Positions 51,215-64,000 are shown, counted from the stretch's first letter. The stretch: DNA of 64,000 bases from Callorhinchus milii (GCF_018977255.1 NW_024704742.1:46626001-46690000), one strand, 5' to 3'. Notes: generated from the sequence alone by a model not told the origin. Made by a program: numbers and translations.

Positions 51215-51600
51215 AATAATAACCCTTGCATTTGATATAGTGCCTAATCACAAAAACAAACTTCTAAATTGTACAGACTGTATTTTGTAGGTGAACACAG
51301 CAGCTAACATGCACGCAGCAACATCGCACAAACAGCCATGGAGTAAACAACCAATTTTATCTGGCAGATTGTTAGTCAGGACACAAAGAGAAATTCCCTT
51401 CTTTTTTTGGAATAGTGCTATAGGATCTCTAACGGCACAAGTTTTTGGTTTAATGTCTCACCAAAGGATGGGCCCTCCAACACTTGAGCACTCCCCAGCA
51501 CTGTCCTGTAGTGTCTGGTTAGAATGTAAACTCAAAGACCCAATGCGATCCTTGAACCTACAACTTTATGACTCAGTGAGATTGACACTACATCAACTGC
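51215..51600 (-). mobile_element. Old Deu-domain SINE, decayed; similar relics at about 52215-52430, 54290-54612, 58830-59160 and 60900-61022
   Basis: acagcagc...acaaacagccatggagt...ggtttaatgtctca...gcactccccagcactg pattern recurs in these copies. Confidence 0.6.
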
Positions 51601-52567
51601 AAGAACTACTGACCAGTTAACATAACAATAGTACAGAAACAAGAGCCTGAACAATCAGCAACAAGGAACGCAATTGTCTTTTTGGTTAGATATGACCTTG
51701 GACATAAAATGATTTTATAAATATATATTGTGATGATGTAATACATCTCTAAATGGGGCTCAATGTGAGCATTAAAAAGAATGTAATTATTATAATGCAT
51801 ATTGTATATAAAAAAAGTATTTTTGCCCCAAAGGGTCAACCCCAGAACCGGCGTGGAATCGAGGATTTATTTTTACATTCCCATAACTGTGCAGAATTCC
51901 AATCATTTCTGGAATCGGACGAGAAGGTTCACGTTTCCATATTTTCGGTGTTGCTGCTGTAATTGGGCCATATTGTTTTATATCGCTTCTATATATCAAG
52001 CTGATCTAATTTGTGTTTCACAATTTTTTTTTCATTTTACAATCTACCAGGAGTCCTCTGAATGACTTGAGAAGGGGCTCTGCCTGTCAGCTTTCTCTTC
52101 ACCCACTGCATAGCTCCCCTGAGGTCAGCAAAAGCCATCTTCGAGAGGAAACCAATCTTCCATTGTTTAACCTACTACTACATCTCGAGCAATGGAATGA
52201 GAAAATAATTGATCAACCTTGCACTTGAGATTGCGCCATTCATGTTGGAAGGACAACTTCGAAATGCTTCACGGGATTTGCTGTAAAGTGTAGTGACTAT
52301 ATTTTGTATGCGAACACAGCGAATTGCAATGTACCACAAACAGCCATGAAGTAAATGATCAATTTTATCTGGAGGATCTTTAATACCCATCTCAACAAGC
52401 AGACGGACCTCAGATTAATGTCTCGAAACTTAATTTAATATTTTTGATCTATTGTTCAAACTAATACAAGTGTTCTATTAAAAATTGCATTTTCAGTATA
52501 CTGGATGATTTAAAAAGATAATTGCTGGCCAAAAATAATGATTTGCCTATGAAGGAAATAACCTATG

Positions 52568-52985
52568 CGTCAACCTGGCTGAGTTGTTAGTACACATGTT
52601 CAGGTCGGAAGGTCATGGGTTCAAGCCCGACACGGAAACGTTGAACTCATAACCTAGATCAGCCTGGTCCCGCACGCCAGCGAGTAGTTTTATCTGGCAG
52701 GCTACCATTTCCAACATTTCACCTTCTGCTCCCTCCCGCCCTGGCGAACATCCTCCCAGGGCAGCGCCAAGAGCCAGCGGTTGGAAGGACACAGCTCGTA
52801 GAGTGAGAGAGAGGGGGAGTGAAGGAGAGAGAGTGTCCTCCTCTCCCTCTCTGTCCTCCATCCCCCCCCTCTCTCCCTCTTCTCTCTTCCCCCTCTCTCT
52901 AAGCTAACATTCCAGTGCAATTCTGGAGAGAGCTTCACTCTCAAAGGTTGTTCTTCAGATACGACTTTGAACCTCGGCCCTGGTA
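52568..52985 (+). mobile_element. Old SINE 5' half split by an insert of about 243 bp (52658-52900)
   Basis: gggttcaagccc...cataacctag | insert | aagctaacattccagtgca; the two flanks are contiguous in the copy at 12350. Confidence 0.6.
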
Positions 52986-55900
52986 CAGGACACTTGTTAT
53001 ATGATCGAATGCAAGTTTGTTATTTTACTACCATACAGAGACGATGTGAAAAGCATCCTCGAAATGGATTGTCACATAATAATATTTGGTCCAATATTTA
53101 TTCCATTTTTATAAATTTACAAAAGCTTGAACAGTTGATGGTTCCGTGGTATATGCAGACATCTACTGGAAATATGGTGCAACTACAGCCATCTCTATGT
53201 TCAAGCACATTTCTTTTTCGCAACATATTTTGTTGCAGTTTTTAGTAACCGTAATTGAACAACCTGATTGCTACATGAATAGAACTCGTATTACAAATAA
53301 ACTGATATTGTATTAGTGGAATACAAAAAATTCAATGGTCCATTGAATTAAGAAACAACCTGAAGTGTCCACTTAGATTAATATTGTTGAGTTACTAGAC
53401 TTATGCAATTGTGAAATTGTATACAGCTCATTTTAATATTCTTTGTAGCAAATGTTCATAGCTGATGTTTTCTGGTCTAACCCAACCATTTCTCACATTC
53501 CTGACACCAGCATGTTACTTGGCATCATGCAAAACATAAATGTAATCATAAACCTTTCCAAGAAATGTACAGAATAGAATAAGTGAGAAATCAGACGAAT
53601 ATATTTTCTGAATTTTTTTTCTAAATACTATTCCAACTGTTAGCAGGTGAGAACAGTTGGCTAGTGGGATTCCAGCCGAGGACAACATTTGTTCCTCCCT
53701 TAAATCTTTTACACTTTCAAAGCACGACTTTCAAAACTTTGGCTCTAAATGCCTGGTTTGGCAATACTCTCCAACATTCTGTGGTACAACATTTACTGCT
53801 TTTGGCTCACCTTGCCAACATTTTAAAGCATCTTCTCTGTTGTAGTTCATTCCTTGCAATTAGCTTTTTGCATGGCTCCCAAGTATATATTCTTATATAA
53901 AAGCAGCCTTAGTGTAATGGTCAGTTTAGTAAATTGTAAGATAGTGAACTGAATTATTGGACCAAGGTATGGCAAGGCACTGCCAACAAATGGTAAATTT
54001 CATGGTAAATTAACAGAAATTGTTATTAAAGAATGCTATTGAGCTCTTTTGACTCAGAATACAAAAGGTTAAACATCTTTAGGAGAATATTAGCATATTA
54101 AATACTACGATTCGTCCAGAAAATATACAGACAATTCATTTTACAGTATATTCTGTGAAGCACTTTGAGATATCTCGAAGATATAAGTTGCTATATCAAA
54201 TGCAAGGATTATTATTATTACCAATACCAAGGTTACTTCGTAATTCTATAATGTTACCACACAAAAATCAAACAAAGCTGTTCTACTAATATATAAGTGC
54301 TATAAGTTATTTTTATAAGTACAGACAGCAGCCAATTTGCACACAGCAGATCCCACAAACAACTATGTAGTGAATGACTAATTTATCTGGAGGACTGTTC
54401 ACCAGGAAACTGGGAAAATAATGTGATGGGATCTTGAACATACAGAGGAGACTTCTGTTAACATCTCATTCAAAGGAAGGCACGTCCAACAAAGTAGTGC
54501 TTTCCAACATGGCACTAAAATGTTAGCCTAGTCTGCAAACTCAAAGCTTTAATATGGGGCACAACCTTTCTGATCCACAAAAGCGAGAGTACTACCACCT
54601 GAGCCAAACTGAACATGTATTACTGGCATTTGAACAACAACAAAATAATAAGAGCTGCTGAAATAATAGGTCACCGGGAGATAGCTATTTTACGATTTGG
54701 CACTTTTCCAATTGATTTTGTTGCAAATAAAACAGATTGTGCCGAAGGAAGTACTGTACTACCTTTTTCAGAAAAGCACTTTAATTAATGCACACCTTTT
54801 ACATATTTTCAAAAATGTGACAATATCCTGGATAAATTAGGCTTTCAACCGTAAATATAAATTGGTATGATGTCACTGCTAAATCTGGATACTTCGCTTC
54901 TGTACAAAAGCTTTAATATTCAGGACAAACCCTGGCCTGAGGAAGATAAATTATACATTAACAAGATCTTTTTCAAGGCAATGCTGGCAAAAGCTCCACA
55001 ACAACAAATATATGTTAAATAATGCTTTTTAAATAGTCAGTTTTTTCTTTATTGTAAAAGACATACACCTACCTACCTTTGGGGCAATATGACAAATCCA
55101 ATCTTAATGGGTATAACTCAATGGTATGAATCGTCCTCAGACCATGGGGAAGAATTGGTCCTGTAAATTTACATTTTGATAGTTTCTCTTCATGGGTTCT
55201 CTAGTTTTTCTACCTTTAGGAAAGCCTAGTACAGAACATGTCTAAATGCATGCAGATGTCAATGTATAAATCTGTAAGTGTAAATTAAACCTACAAAACC
55301 CACTTTGCTTGATATGTCCATCATAATACTGGACGTCGAAGCAAGAACAAATAAACATGCTTGATGTTCAGAATTATTTGCGTTTGTGCAAAATAGCTAC
55401 AATCTTTTCATGTTGTCAACACATAATGCAGGAAAAGATTTTTACATACGAAAGAGCAAATAGGATATATTAGAAATGTAATTACAGGGCTCGTACCATT
55501 TGGTGATGTATACAGACAATTCATTATGTCACTAATGAAGCTAAATAGTGCCCTCACGCTTTTTAGAATATTATTATGTTAACTAACTTTTGCTTCTCAA
55601 AGTATTGATTATTATTCGCATTAATTTTGCATCGATTTTTAGCAGGCTTCGATAATATACTTTGAGTCATTGTAACACAGGTTTGATTAAGGAGGGTGCC
55701 CTGGGGAACCTTGGTCAGCTTCTCCAAGCAAATACTGGCTGACCTCTCTGTCACCAGGTTGCTACTGTTGTCACTTCTAGGAGCTACATGCCAGCAACGT
55801 GATGGTGTATAACCTAACTTATTTGCACTAGCAATAATACACAATAACCTACTGATGCTACCAGGTTAGGTCAAGTACTTGAGGCTTGTGTGACTTTCTG

Positions 55901-56807
55901 GGTGACAGTGAAGTGATAACCTGAAAGTTGACCATTTTTCAGCACAGGAAACAGGTTGGCTTTCTACTCAGTGACATGACTGCTCATCTAACCAGCAATT
56001 ATGCCCATTATAAGGCAGATTAGGATTTTATGGACCCATAGAAAACCTTCTGATTTGACCATGTGCTTCAGGTTACTTGCAGCAATCCATTACTGGAATG
56101 AATCTCATCAATTTGTTGAAATAACGTATTCTATCCTTGTAGGCATCTTTAGAGAAACCATATTTGAAATATTACAACAATAATCCTTACATGTAAAGTG
56201 CAAGGATAGAAAATCAAACACTGTATAAATTCACGATGTTGTAAATGATGCATATGATAATCCTATTTGTTTCCACCGATTGTTTGTTGCAGAAATTACC
56301 TGGTTGGGGCAGCTAACATCTCTTTACAATAGTCACTGTTCAGACCCAGAAAGGATGCTAACATAAGTGTTAAAGTATAGCAGCAATTCCTAATTCATTC
56401 AAAGTATCAAAATAGATTATTCCTATTATTATGATCCTGGAACAAAGAAACAGTCCACTGTGTTATACATTCAGCAATGTTCCGCAATATTGCCTTAATA
56501 CTTATATGCATGTCTCTAGCCTCAAAATTATAAACAATAAAACAGAAACCTCTTTTACATGTTGAAATTTACTGGCCAGAATATAATAATAATCCTTGCA
56601 TTTGATACACCGCCTTATCAAGTCCTTGAGATATCTCAAAGCGCTTCACAGAATATACTGTAAAGTGAATTGACTGTATAAATGTTTGAGATTTATCTCA
56701 AACAAAGAATGAAAATCCTGAGCTAGCAATTCTCTTGTTCTCTGTAATTGCTGCTTTAGGTATCATGAATATTGGTTGCTATGGGAAATCATTTCTTACT
56801 GAATGAG

Positions 56808-57027
56808 GTATTTGATGAAGTAGCTGGATCATGTTAGCTCTCTTCAAAGTCTAGTAAACATTATAACCCAGCTGATAATCATACAGACAATTAGTTTAAT
56901 TTAAAGTACTGTAGCATTCTTTAAAATCTGATGTTTCAAGCCTGAATATATTAACTAGCACAGGGTTATAATGTTTACCAGACTTTGAAGAGAGCTCACT
57001 CAGTAAACCAGCTCCTTTATCAAATAC
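56808..57027. repeat. Long imperfect inverted repeat (foldback, MITE-like)
   Basis: agctctcttcaaagtctagtaaacattataaccc (56836-56869) pairs with gggttataatgtttaccagactttgaagagagct (56963-56996) with one mismatch; the arms extend to gtatttgat / atcaaatac. Confidence 0.85.
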
Positions 57028-57662
57028 AAGCACACACAACAACAAATTGCATTATATAGTCCCTTTCACATCAGGAGAAGGTCCCAAGGTACTGGACAAA
57101 ATGAGGAGTTTGCACCTAAGATGCAGATTGGGATCAGAGACCGGTGGTGGAAGGGGAAAGATTACCGAAGGCACGATCGAAAAGTACACACACACACATA
57201 CAGCCCAATATCTGGCTCACATGTAAAATAGCATAATTTGGACTGAGTTATTGCAGGTCATTTGTGGAAATGTACCTCAGCATAAATAAGGACCTTGTGT
57301 AGAGAAGATTCATTTAAAAATAAAAATGAAAAAAGAAACTAGGAAAAATACATATTATACACTTTGAGTACAATACAATAACAACAAATTTACATTTAAA
57401 TAGGGCCTCTAACGTCAGGAGGACTTCTCAAGGCGCTGAATTGAAATGTATGTAATATACTAAGTGGCTCCTCATAACTCCTTCAAAACAAATTATCCGT
57501 ATTAACTTCAAGGATCTGACATCTCTAAAGAATTGCCTACAAAAACCTTTTGATGCTCAAGTTTGTATCATTGGGTTTTCCTATCTTTCATTTATTAGGC
57601 TTCAGTGCATAGTTAATTTCAGAATACTTTCAAATTGGAATGCATTTAGTTTCTCTCCCAGA

Positions 57663-58050
57663 AACAACAACAAATTACATTTGTATAGGGCCTTTCACAT
57701 CGGGAGGACGTCCCAAGGCGCTGGACAGACAGGAATTTGGATCCGAGTAGGGGGCTGAGATTAGGAGGGGTGGAGGGCAGGGACGGTACGGGTAGGAGGG
57801 TGACCGAAGACACAGTTGAAGAGGAGGATCTTGAGATGGGTGTCGAAGGAGGCAAGGTAGAGGGTGAGGTAAAGGGACAGTGGGATAGAGTTCTAAGGGT
57901 GGGAGCAGAGAAGCTAAAGCCCGACCATCGATGGTGGGCAGGCTGGCCGGGGACCTGAGGCGGGCCAGAGTCTGCTGAGCGGAGGGAGAGGACAGGTTGA
58001 TATGCAGTTAGCAGGTCAAAGAGGTAGGAAGGCTCAAGGTTGTGGAGTGT
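57663..58050 (-). mobile_element. L2 LINE 3' fragment; shorter L2 ends at about 57037-57180 (-), 57380-57438 (-) and 58140-58400 (+)
   Basis: (CAA)n tail, cacatcgggaggacgtcccaaggcgctggac. Confidence 0.85.
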
Positions 58051-58425
58051 TTAATAACTTAATAACAAATTATCCTTAATAACTTCAAGACTTCAGACCA
58101 CCTCAGATCAGAAACCACGCTATTGCCAGCTTATGTGTTGCCATCTTCTAAGATTTGAGTTTGTAGCATTTCCAAACTATTTCAGCTATTTGGCGCCCAT
58201 TCTCTGGAACTCCATTTCCAGGTCCCTCCTTCTCCTCTTTCAAGATAAAACCTCAAACATACCTCTTTGACCACGCTATCGGTTATCTTTCCTTTCCTCA
58301 CCCCATCAGCTCCTACCCTCAGCTCCTACATCCAACTAGAATGATCAAGCACTTTGGGTATCTTCCTATCTTGAAAGGTGCTATATAAGTGTAAATTATA
58401 TTGTATATCATAGCTGTTAAAATAA

Positions 58426-58445
58426 TGTCCACTAGGTGACAGCAC
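58426..58445 (+). promoter_or_regulatory. Candidate CTCF site
   Basis: TGTCCACTAGGTGACAGCAC versus core CCACYAGRKGGCRS, one core mismatch; motif match only. Confidence 0.3.
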
Positions 58446-59259
58446 AAGGCCACAGGGCAATTGGTTAAAAAGTTCAGTTTGGCCAGGAGAGTGCAAATTT
58501 CACTCCTCCTTTCACAGATCAACCACACACAAAAAAACCACACAAGCCACTCCAGGGCCTTCAATTTACAACGCTCGCCATTGCTTCAAACTCAAAAAAC
58601 AAATGGTTGACGTTGTGTCTTTAGATAGATTGTGAGGAGGGTGCTGCACCTCACGATTGTTGATTTAATAATAATGCTTCCATTTGATATTGGTGAATTA
58701 CCCTGTAATTTCCTCTGTACACACGCTATACACATAATAATAATAATCCTAATAATCCTTTTCAGCCTTACCCACAAAACTGCACTCAACTCGGGCCATT
58801 CCAACAGGGTCACCCTACATTTATAATTATAATAATATGTGCATTTGATCTTATGCCTTATCACATCATTGAGACGTCTCAAAGTGCTTTGCAAGATATA
58901 CTGTGAACGGCCTGTGATTTTGTGGGCGAATCGCAGAGGGCAGATGAGCATAGCAATATCCCACAAACAGCCATGGAGTGAGTGACCAATTTAATTTGGG
59001 GGATTGTTGTCCAGACCCTCTCGAGAAATTCCCTTCTTTTCTTGAGTAGATCCATGGTACCTTTAACGTCCACCTGAACAGGCAGAGGAAGGCACCTCTG
59101 ACAATGCAACACCCCCCGCAACCAGAGCTGCATTCGAGTATCAGCTTAGACTATGTGATTCCAAATCCAATGATAGTAATAGTTTTGAAGTGCTGCAAAC
59201 ATTATCTCACAAAGTGTTTATGGGAAAGACCATCAAGTTTGTAGTGGTACTAGCAACCC

Positions 59260-59680
59260 CATTGGACCAACCTGTTCTATTCTATTTCTCTGTTCTTTCC
59301 CCACACAACTTTTACGTTACTTTTTCCTTGAATATTTTTCCAATTCATTTTGAAAATGTTATCTGGACTCTGCTTCGACTGTCATTTTTGGTAAAGCATT
59401 CCACATTCTGATGATCCTCTGTGTAAAAAATGTTCTTCTAAGCTCCCTCAATTTCCATCTGGTAACAATCCTCAATTGATGACCCCCCTTTTTACAATTA
59501 TAACAAATAGTGGAAATTAGCTCTCATTTACCTGTCAAAACAACTCATCATTCCGAAAACATCTACATTCTCCCCTCCCATTTAAGGGAACACAATCCCA
59601 ACGTTTTAAGTCTCCCTTAATTCATAGGACTTCTTGTCCCCAGCACAACTCCAGTGTATCATTGCTGTTCCCTTTCCAAT
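59260..59680 (-). mobile_element. Decayed CR1 3' fragment
   Basis: gcattccacattctgatgatcctctgtgtaaaaaa is antisense to FFTQR...WN.L, a CR1 C-terminal motif. Confidence 0.7.
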
Positions 59681-60519
59681 GAATGTGAAAGCTGTTTTTA
59701 AAATAAAAAAAAGAATAAAAACCTAGTAATAAATGAATGAAACAAGAGGCCCCAGGATAACCGATTAGCACCAGAGTTCAGACACACAATCCCAGAAGAT
59801 TCATGCATTGGTGGATTGCTGGTAAGAGTATGTTTGGAACTGTAATCAACTGTACAATGTCAGCCATCTGCTTTGAGAGGATAGTAATCCCCCAACAGAC
59901 TAGCACAAACTTGAATACATCAGCAATTTCCTGTTATACAGCTCCTCTGAGGGCAGTTGGGATCTAATCCACAATCAGAGCCAATTCAGAGACTGCCTCT
60001 TTGGGAGAAACCAACGTCTGTAACCAGTGGGATGCCTCAGCATTAGTTAAAGACATGGATGCTTTACTTGGCCAAGCTCAGGCCTTCTGTGGTATTCTGA
60101 AGTTTTAGCAACTTGGGATCGATGCTGGTGGAGGCAGCTCAACCATTGATGAGCCCGAAGCCTACAAGTCAGCCAAGCAGTGCTGAACCAATGGATTTTG
60201 GATGGCACTCCCACATGTAATCCCTCGCTCCAGTTAATTCCATGCCTGACTGAGAATTGAAGTATATTTCTTTATGGGTGTGGAACACAAAGGTCTTTTG
60301 ACTAAATTGATTGAAATAGTACCAACAAAAATCCCAAGAGATTGGGAATCACATAAGCACTGACAGAAGACTATGGAAACATTAGCAAAGAGTCCAAAAC
60401 AATTCAGTATAAGCTACAAAGGACGCTCAGTGCAGACTGTCATCCTCTGACCAACATCAGTGAATGGAAAAAAAAACAGACCAGGGAAACATTCAGAATG
60501 AAACCATATATACACAGCT

Positions 60520-60800
60520 TACAACACAAAAGTACACTTATAAAAGGCTTTTCCAGTAGGAAGAACAACTGAAAGCACTTTGCAAAGACTGAGTGGGAGT
60601 CCATGCTCACTAGCTAAAGGCGTTATCAAAGAGATGTTTAGACGAGTTTTAGAAAGTTAAAAGCTAGAGGGCAAGGGAAGAGTACCTAAAAGCTTGCCCA
60701 GTGATGGCTGGGCAGAACAGGCAGGGGACATAAAGCAGGTCAGAATTGGCAAGGCAGCGGGAATGGCCAGGGGAGTAGTAACAGGAGATCGCTGAGGTAT
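60520..60800 (-). mobile_element. Decayed L2 3' fragment; another at about 61615-61790
   Basis: acaac tail and gggcagaacaggcaggggaca body. Confidence 0.6.
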
Positions 60801-61994
60801 GGGATTTATACGTCAGACCAGGCAGACATGTCAGGTGGACATTACAAATCCATGGAATTTGTAATGTCCACCTGACAATCAATGGGCCTTTATTTGACAT
60901 TTCCTCCAATGTTGCAGCACTTTCCCAATACTGCCCTGGAGTGTGAGCACAAGTTCCCCGAGGGGCTTGAACTCACAACCTTCAGACCAAGAAGCGAGAG
61001 TGCTACCAAATGAGCCAAGTTGATAATGACAGGAATATGGTCACATGTGTAATGACCAGTGATACAGACATTGAGACTGCCAAATGGAAGATAATTCATC
61101 TTTTCAAAAAATAACCTGCCTGCTGATCAAAGGAAATATTTTTGCTCAGTTGCATGCTTCTGTTGAAGCCTAATGTCTAAATCCCAGCCCAGCATATCTT
61201 TCCCAGTAAAGCCTGCTCATTGTGGATTACCTCTCAGCCGCCACAGTTTTTATAGCTGTTTTTGTATTAAAATATGCAATTAGGCTTAGAATTTTAATGG
61301 ATTCTCCATGTCTAGGATTCACTCTATTTCTATCTTTCATTTAAATATACTCCACAGACAGAGCTGAAAAAAATGAGAAGCTACATTACTGCTCCACGCA
61401 CAGCTATTTCTAGTTAAAGTTTTCATCCGTGTCAGTGCAATACCATTCAACAATCCAGCTATAAATGAAGGGGATCCAAGTCTATAAGAATCCATTAGTT
61501 TTGTAGATGTAATCACATCTTTATGTTATATATATAATAAAGCTATGAAAAGTCTTGGACTGCTGAGTGAGAGCGAGACAGAGATATAAAGAGATTCATC
61601 ATTTCCAATGACTTTACAATAACAACAAATTGCATTTAGAGAGCACCTTTCAAGTCATCCCAAGATGCTTGATAGTCAAGGATTTGAAACCAAGCTGGAG
61701 GTTAGAGTCAAGAGGGTGCAGGGTAAGGGATGGAGGTGGAGGTATGACTAAAGGCACGGTCAAATAGCAACATCTTGTGATGGGCCTTGAACGAGTAATC
61801 GACCTGCAGAGCTCGGTGCAGGAGAGGAAAGTTCTTGTTGTCAGAAGTTTGTTAAGTGTTTAGCTTTGTCAAGGAGTTTGAGATGTTCTCCCAATTTGAA
61901 AGACGCTATATAAATGTAATTTGTATTGTAAAACCATTCTGAACCATTCCAAAAATTAAATTTGAATTAGCTGCAAAATTGTGAATAATCAACA

Positions 61995-63062
61995 GGATTG
62001 TGGAGGAAAGGGCGTGAGAAGGGAGTTAGCATAGTCAAGCCTGGACGTGAAGAGGGCATGGATGAGGGTCTCAGTAGCCTAAGGGGAGAGGGAGTGGTGG
62101 CGGTGGGCAATGTTGCGGAGGTGAGGGAAGACAGAATGGGTCAGGGCATAAATGTGGGATTTAAAAGACAGTTGAGGGTCAAACAAGACACGAAAATTTC
62201 ATATGTGAAGTGGAGTGTGCGTCCATGAATAGTGCTGTCAGCATCTGAGGTGTGGAGGTGCTGACGGGAACAAAGCAGGAGAGCCTCGGACTTGTTGACA
62301 TTCAACTGGAGAAAGTTGGCTCTTGATGTTTGACAGAAATTCTGTCAGCACAGCAGTGGCCCAGGAGTTGAGGGTGGAGGAAGAGAGATAGAATTCAGTG
62401 TCATTCACATACATGTGGAAGTTAACCCCACTCTGCAGATAACATCACTGAGCAGGAGCACATAATAATATAATAATAATCCTTGCATTTGATATAGCAC
62501 TTTTCACGTCTTCTAGACGTCCCAAAGCGCTTCACAGAATATACCGTAAAGTGAATTGACTGTATATTTGTGGGCGAACGCGACAGCCAATTGCGCACAG
62601 CAGTGTCCCACAAACAGTCGTAGATTGAAAATTACCAATTTATTATTGTTTTTTGTTTTGGAGGGATTATTATTAGGCGTGTGGAGTAAGGGAACTTGGC
62701 CAAGGTTTCGCCCTCTGCCTGGAATTGAACTCACGTCTCTCGCTTGCAAAGCTAGTGCTCTAACCACTGAGCTACAGGACTCCACATAAATATTAAGTGG
62801 GAGAGGACCAAAGACAGAGTGCCTGAGGAATGCCGCACATGATGTTGTGAGGACTGGAGGAGAAGCCACTAGCATATACAAAGTGGAGACGATGGGAAAG
62901 GTAAGAGTGAACAGAACCATGAAGGTGAAGCTGAGAAGAGGCGCAGTGGAGAAGATTAGAGTGGTCAACAGTGTCTGAGACAGCAGAGATCGAGAAGGAC
63001 GAGAAGACAGATCTTGTCCTGGTCACAGATGAACAGAGTGTCATTTGTAACTTGACTAAGGC
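61995..63062 (-). mobile_element. L2 ORF2 RT relic interrupted by a young SINE (62462-62785, -)
   Basis: Minus strand gives ISAVSDTVDHS.LL, CGIPQA and FHMY-like RT motifs on either side of a full-length SINE. Confidence 0.85.
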
Positions 63063-64000
63063 TTTAATACCTCTAATATACTAACAGTTCATGTCACAGC
63101 TTTTCTTCAGAAGCCGTGACTGCTATTTGACACTTTGTTCATCGGAAACAAATAATGAAATCGATAGGGCTCCCTGTTTAGTAAAATACGAGATTGTTTA
63201 AGTGCTGGGTATAGAATATGATTATGTATTTGTGATTCAATGTCAAATTAGTTTTTTAAAAAAACAAATGTATCGACTATGTGACTAGTATGCTTCATTA
63301 CCCAACGTAATGGAGAAGAAAAAAACATTATTTTTTTAAAAAGTGCAGACAGTTAAATTGGGAGCTTTCTAGGAAAGTTCAGAGCATTGGGACGAGTCAG
63401 TCACTCTACATCACGTTCACCATTCAGCTACTAGATCTTAGTAGGATTGGTAGAGTCTTACTATAAGCAAAATTCAGCATGATCTAGGAAATGGATGATA
63501 TAGATAATACACATGTGTACAAAATACGTACATACTACATCAACTAATATTGCTCTAAAATGTACATTTACGATTTTAGGCTAAACGTTTTTAAATCTTT
63601 TTATCTTATAATAGTAATAATCCTTGCATTTTTATAGTGCTTTATCGCACAGTCAAGATATCTCAAAGCGCTCCATAGGATTTCAATGTGAAGTGTCGTG
63701 ACTGTATTTTGTAGGTAATTTTACAATTCAAAGCGTTAGATTTTGTGAATCAGCTTAGCACTGTGCAGGATAGCGAAGGAAAATTAAAATTAATGGTACT
63801 GCTATCCCAATGACAGTGGTCAGTTTACATGTTGATGGTTGGTGACCAAATTTAATACTTAAACCTATAAAGATGAACTGTGACCATCAAATATAGTTAA
63901 TAGCAGGAATGCAATTACTAGGAATGTTTTGATATTGATATTTAATTTATATTTAATTTATATTACTCTGATAAACGTAATTTGTGATCTTCTGTTAAAG

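Noticed and set aside
51820..51970. CpG-richer patch with several overlapping short ORFs
   Set aside because: No splice signals fitting ARAP2 and no recognisable motif; possibly a transposon scrap, but I cannot support a call.
53811..53900. Strong donor CAAG|gtgagc preceded by a short ATG frame (MNYNREDALKCWQ) and a TATA-like word
   Set aside because: Its phase 1 does not fit the phase-0 acceptor at 46341, and there is no other support.
55077..55160. 84-nt AG..GT-bounded candidate cassette exon, open in phase 1
   Set aside because: The host intron is phase 0, and in that frame it contains TGA; the polypyrimidine tract is poor. A poison exon cannot be excluded without RNA data.
59750..60460. 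Possible RTE-like LINE relic (NP..WE...DR..W-like near 60330-60380)
   Set aside because: Too degenerate to assign without a profile search.
35296..62968. Recurrent similar ORFs (for example at 35296, 45080, 45168, 45220, 62422, 62513, 62556) that look like a gene family
   Set aside because: All are translations of copies of the same non-coding SINE.
46342..64000. Search for the preceding PH1 exon (KRMFQKRW-like)
   Set aside because: Not found by eye. It probably lies beyond the window, making this intron longer than 17.6 kb, though I may have missed a diverged exon.

Overview
This is vertebrate genomic DNA, not prokaryotic. The repeat content (tRNA-headed SINEs with a Deu-like body, abundant L2 and CR1 LINEs, a Penelope-like end) points to a cartilaginous fish, probably a holocephalan; that is an inference. 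The whole window lies inside one minus-strand gene, ARAP2. I traced 15 internal coding exons (46341 down to 351) with GT..AG boundaries and matching phases, giving 2186 nt or about 728 codons with no stop. They cover the second half of PH1, PH2, ArfGAP, the ankyrin-like segment, PH3, PH4 and most of RhoGAP. The 5' and 3' ends of the gene lie outside the window. Almost all other ORFs in the track are noise or read through repeats. The introns hold young SINEs, L2/CR1/Penelope relics and several MITEs. I found no wholly new biological system. The best observations are: (1) the RhoGAP domain keeps the catalytic arginine finger that mammalian ARAP2 lacks; (2) the youngest SINE copies share the 3' stem-loop loop sequence of local L2 LINEs; (3) inverted SINE pairs flank exons; (4) there are hAT- and pogo-type MITEs with intact target-site duplications. 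Repeat coordinates are approximate, and family names come from recalled consensus sequences, not database searches.
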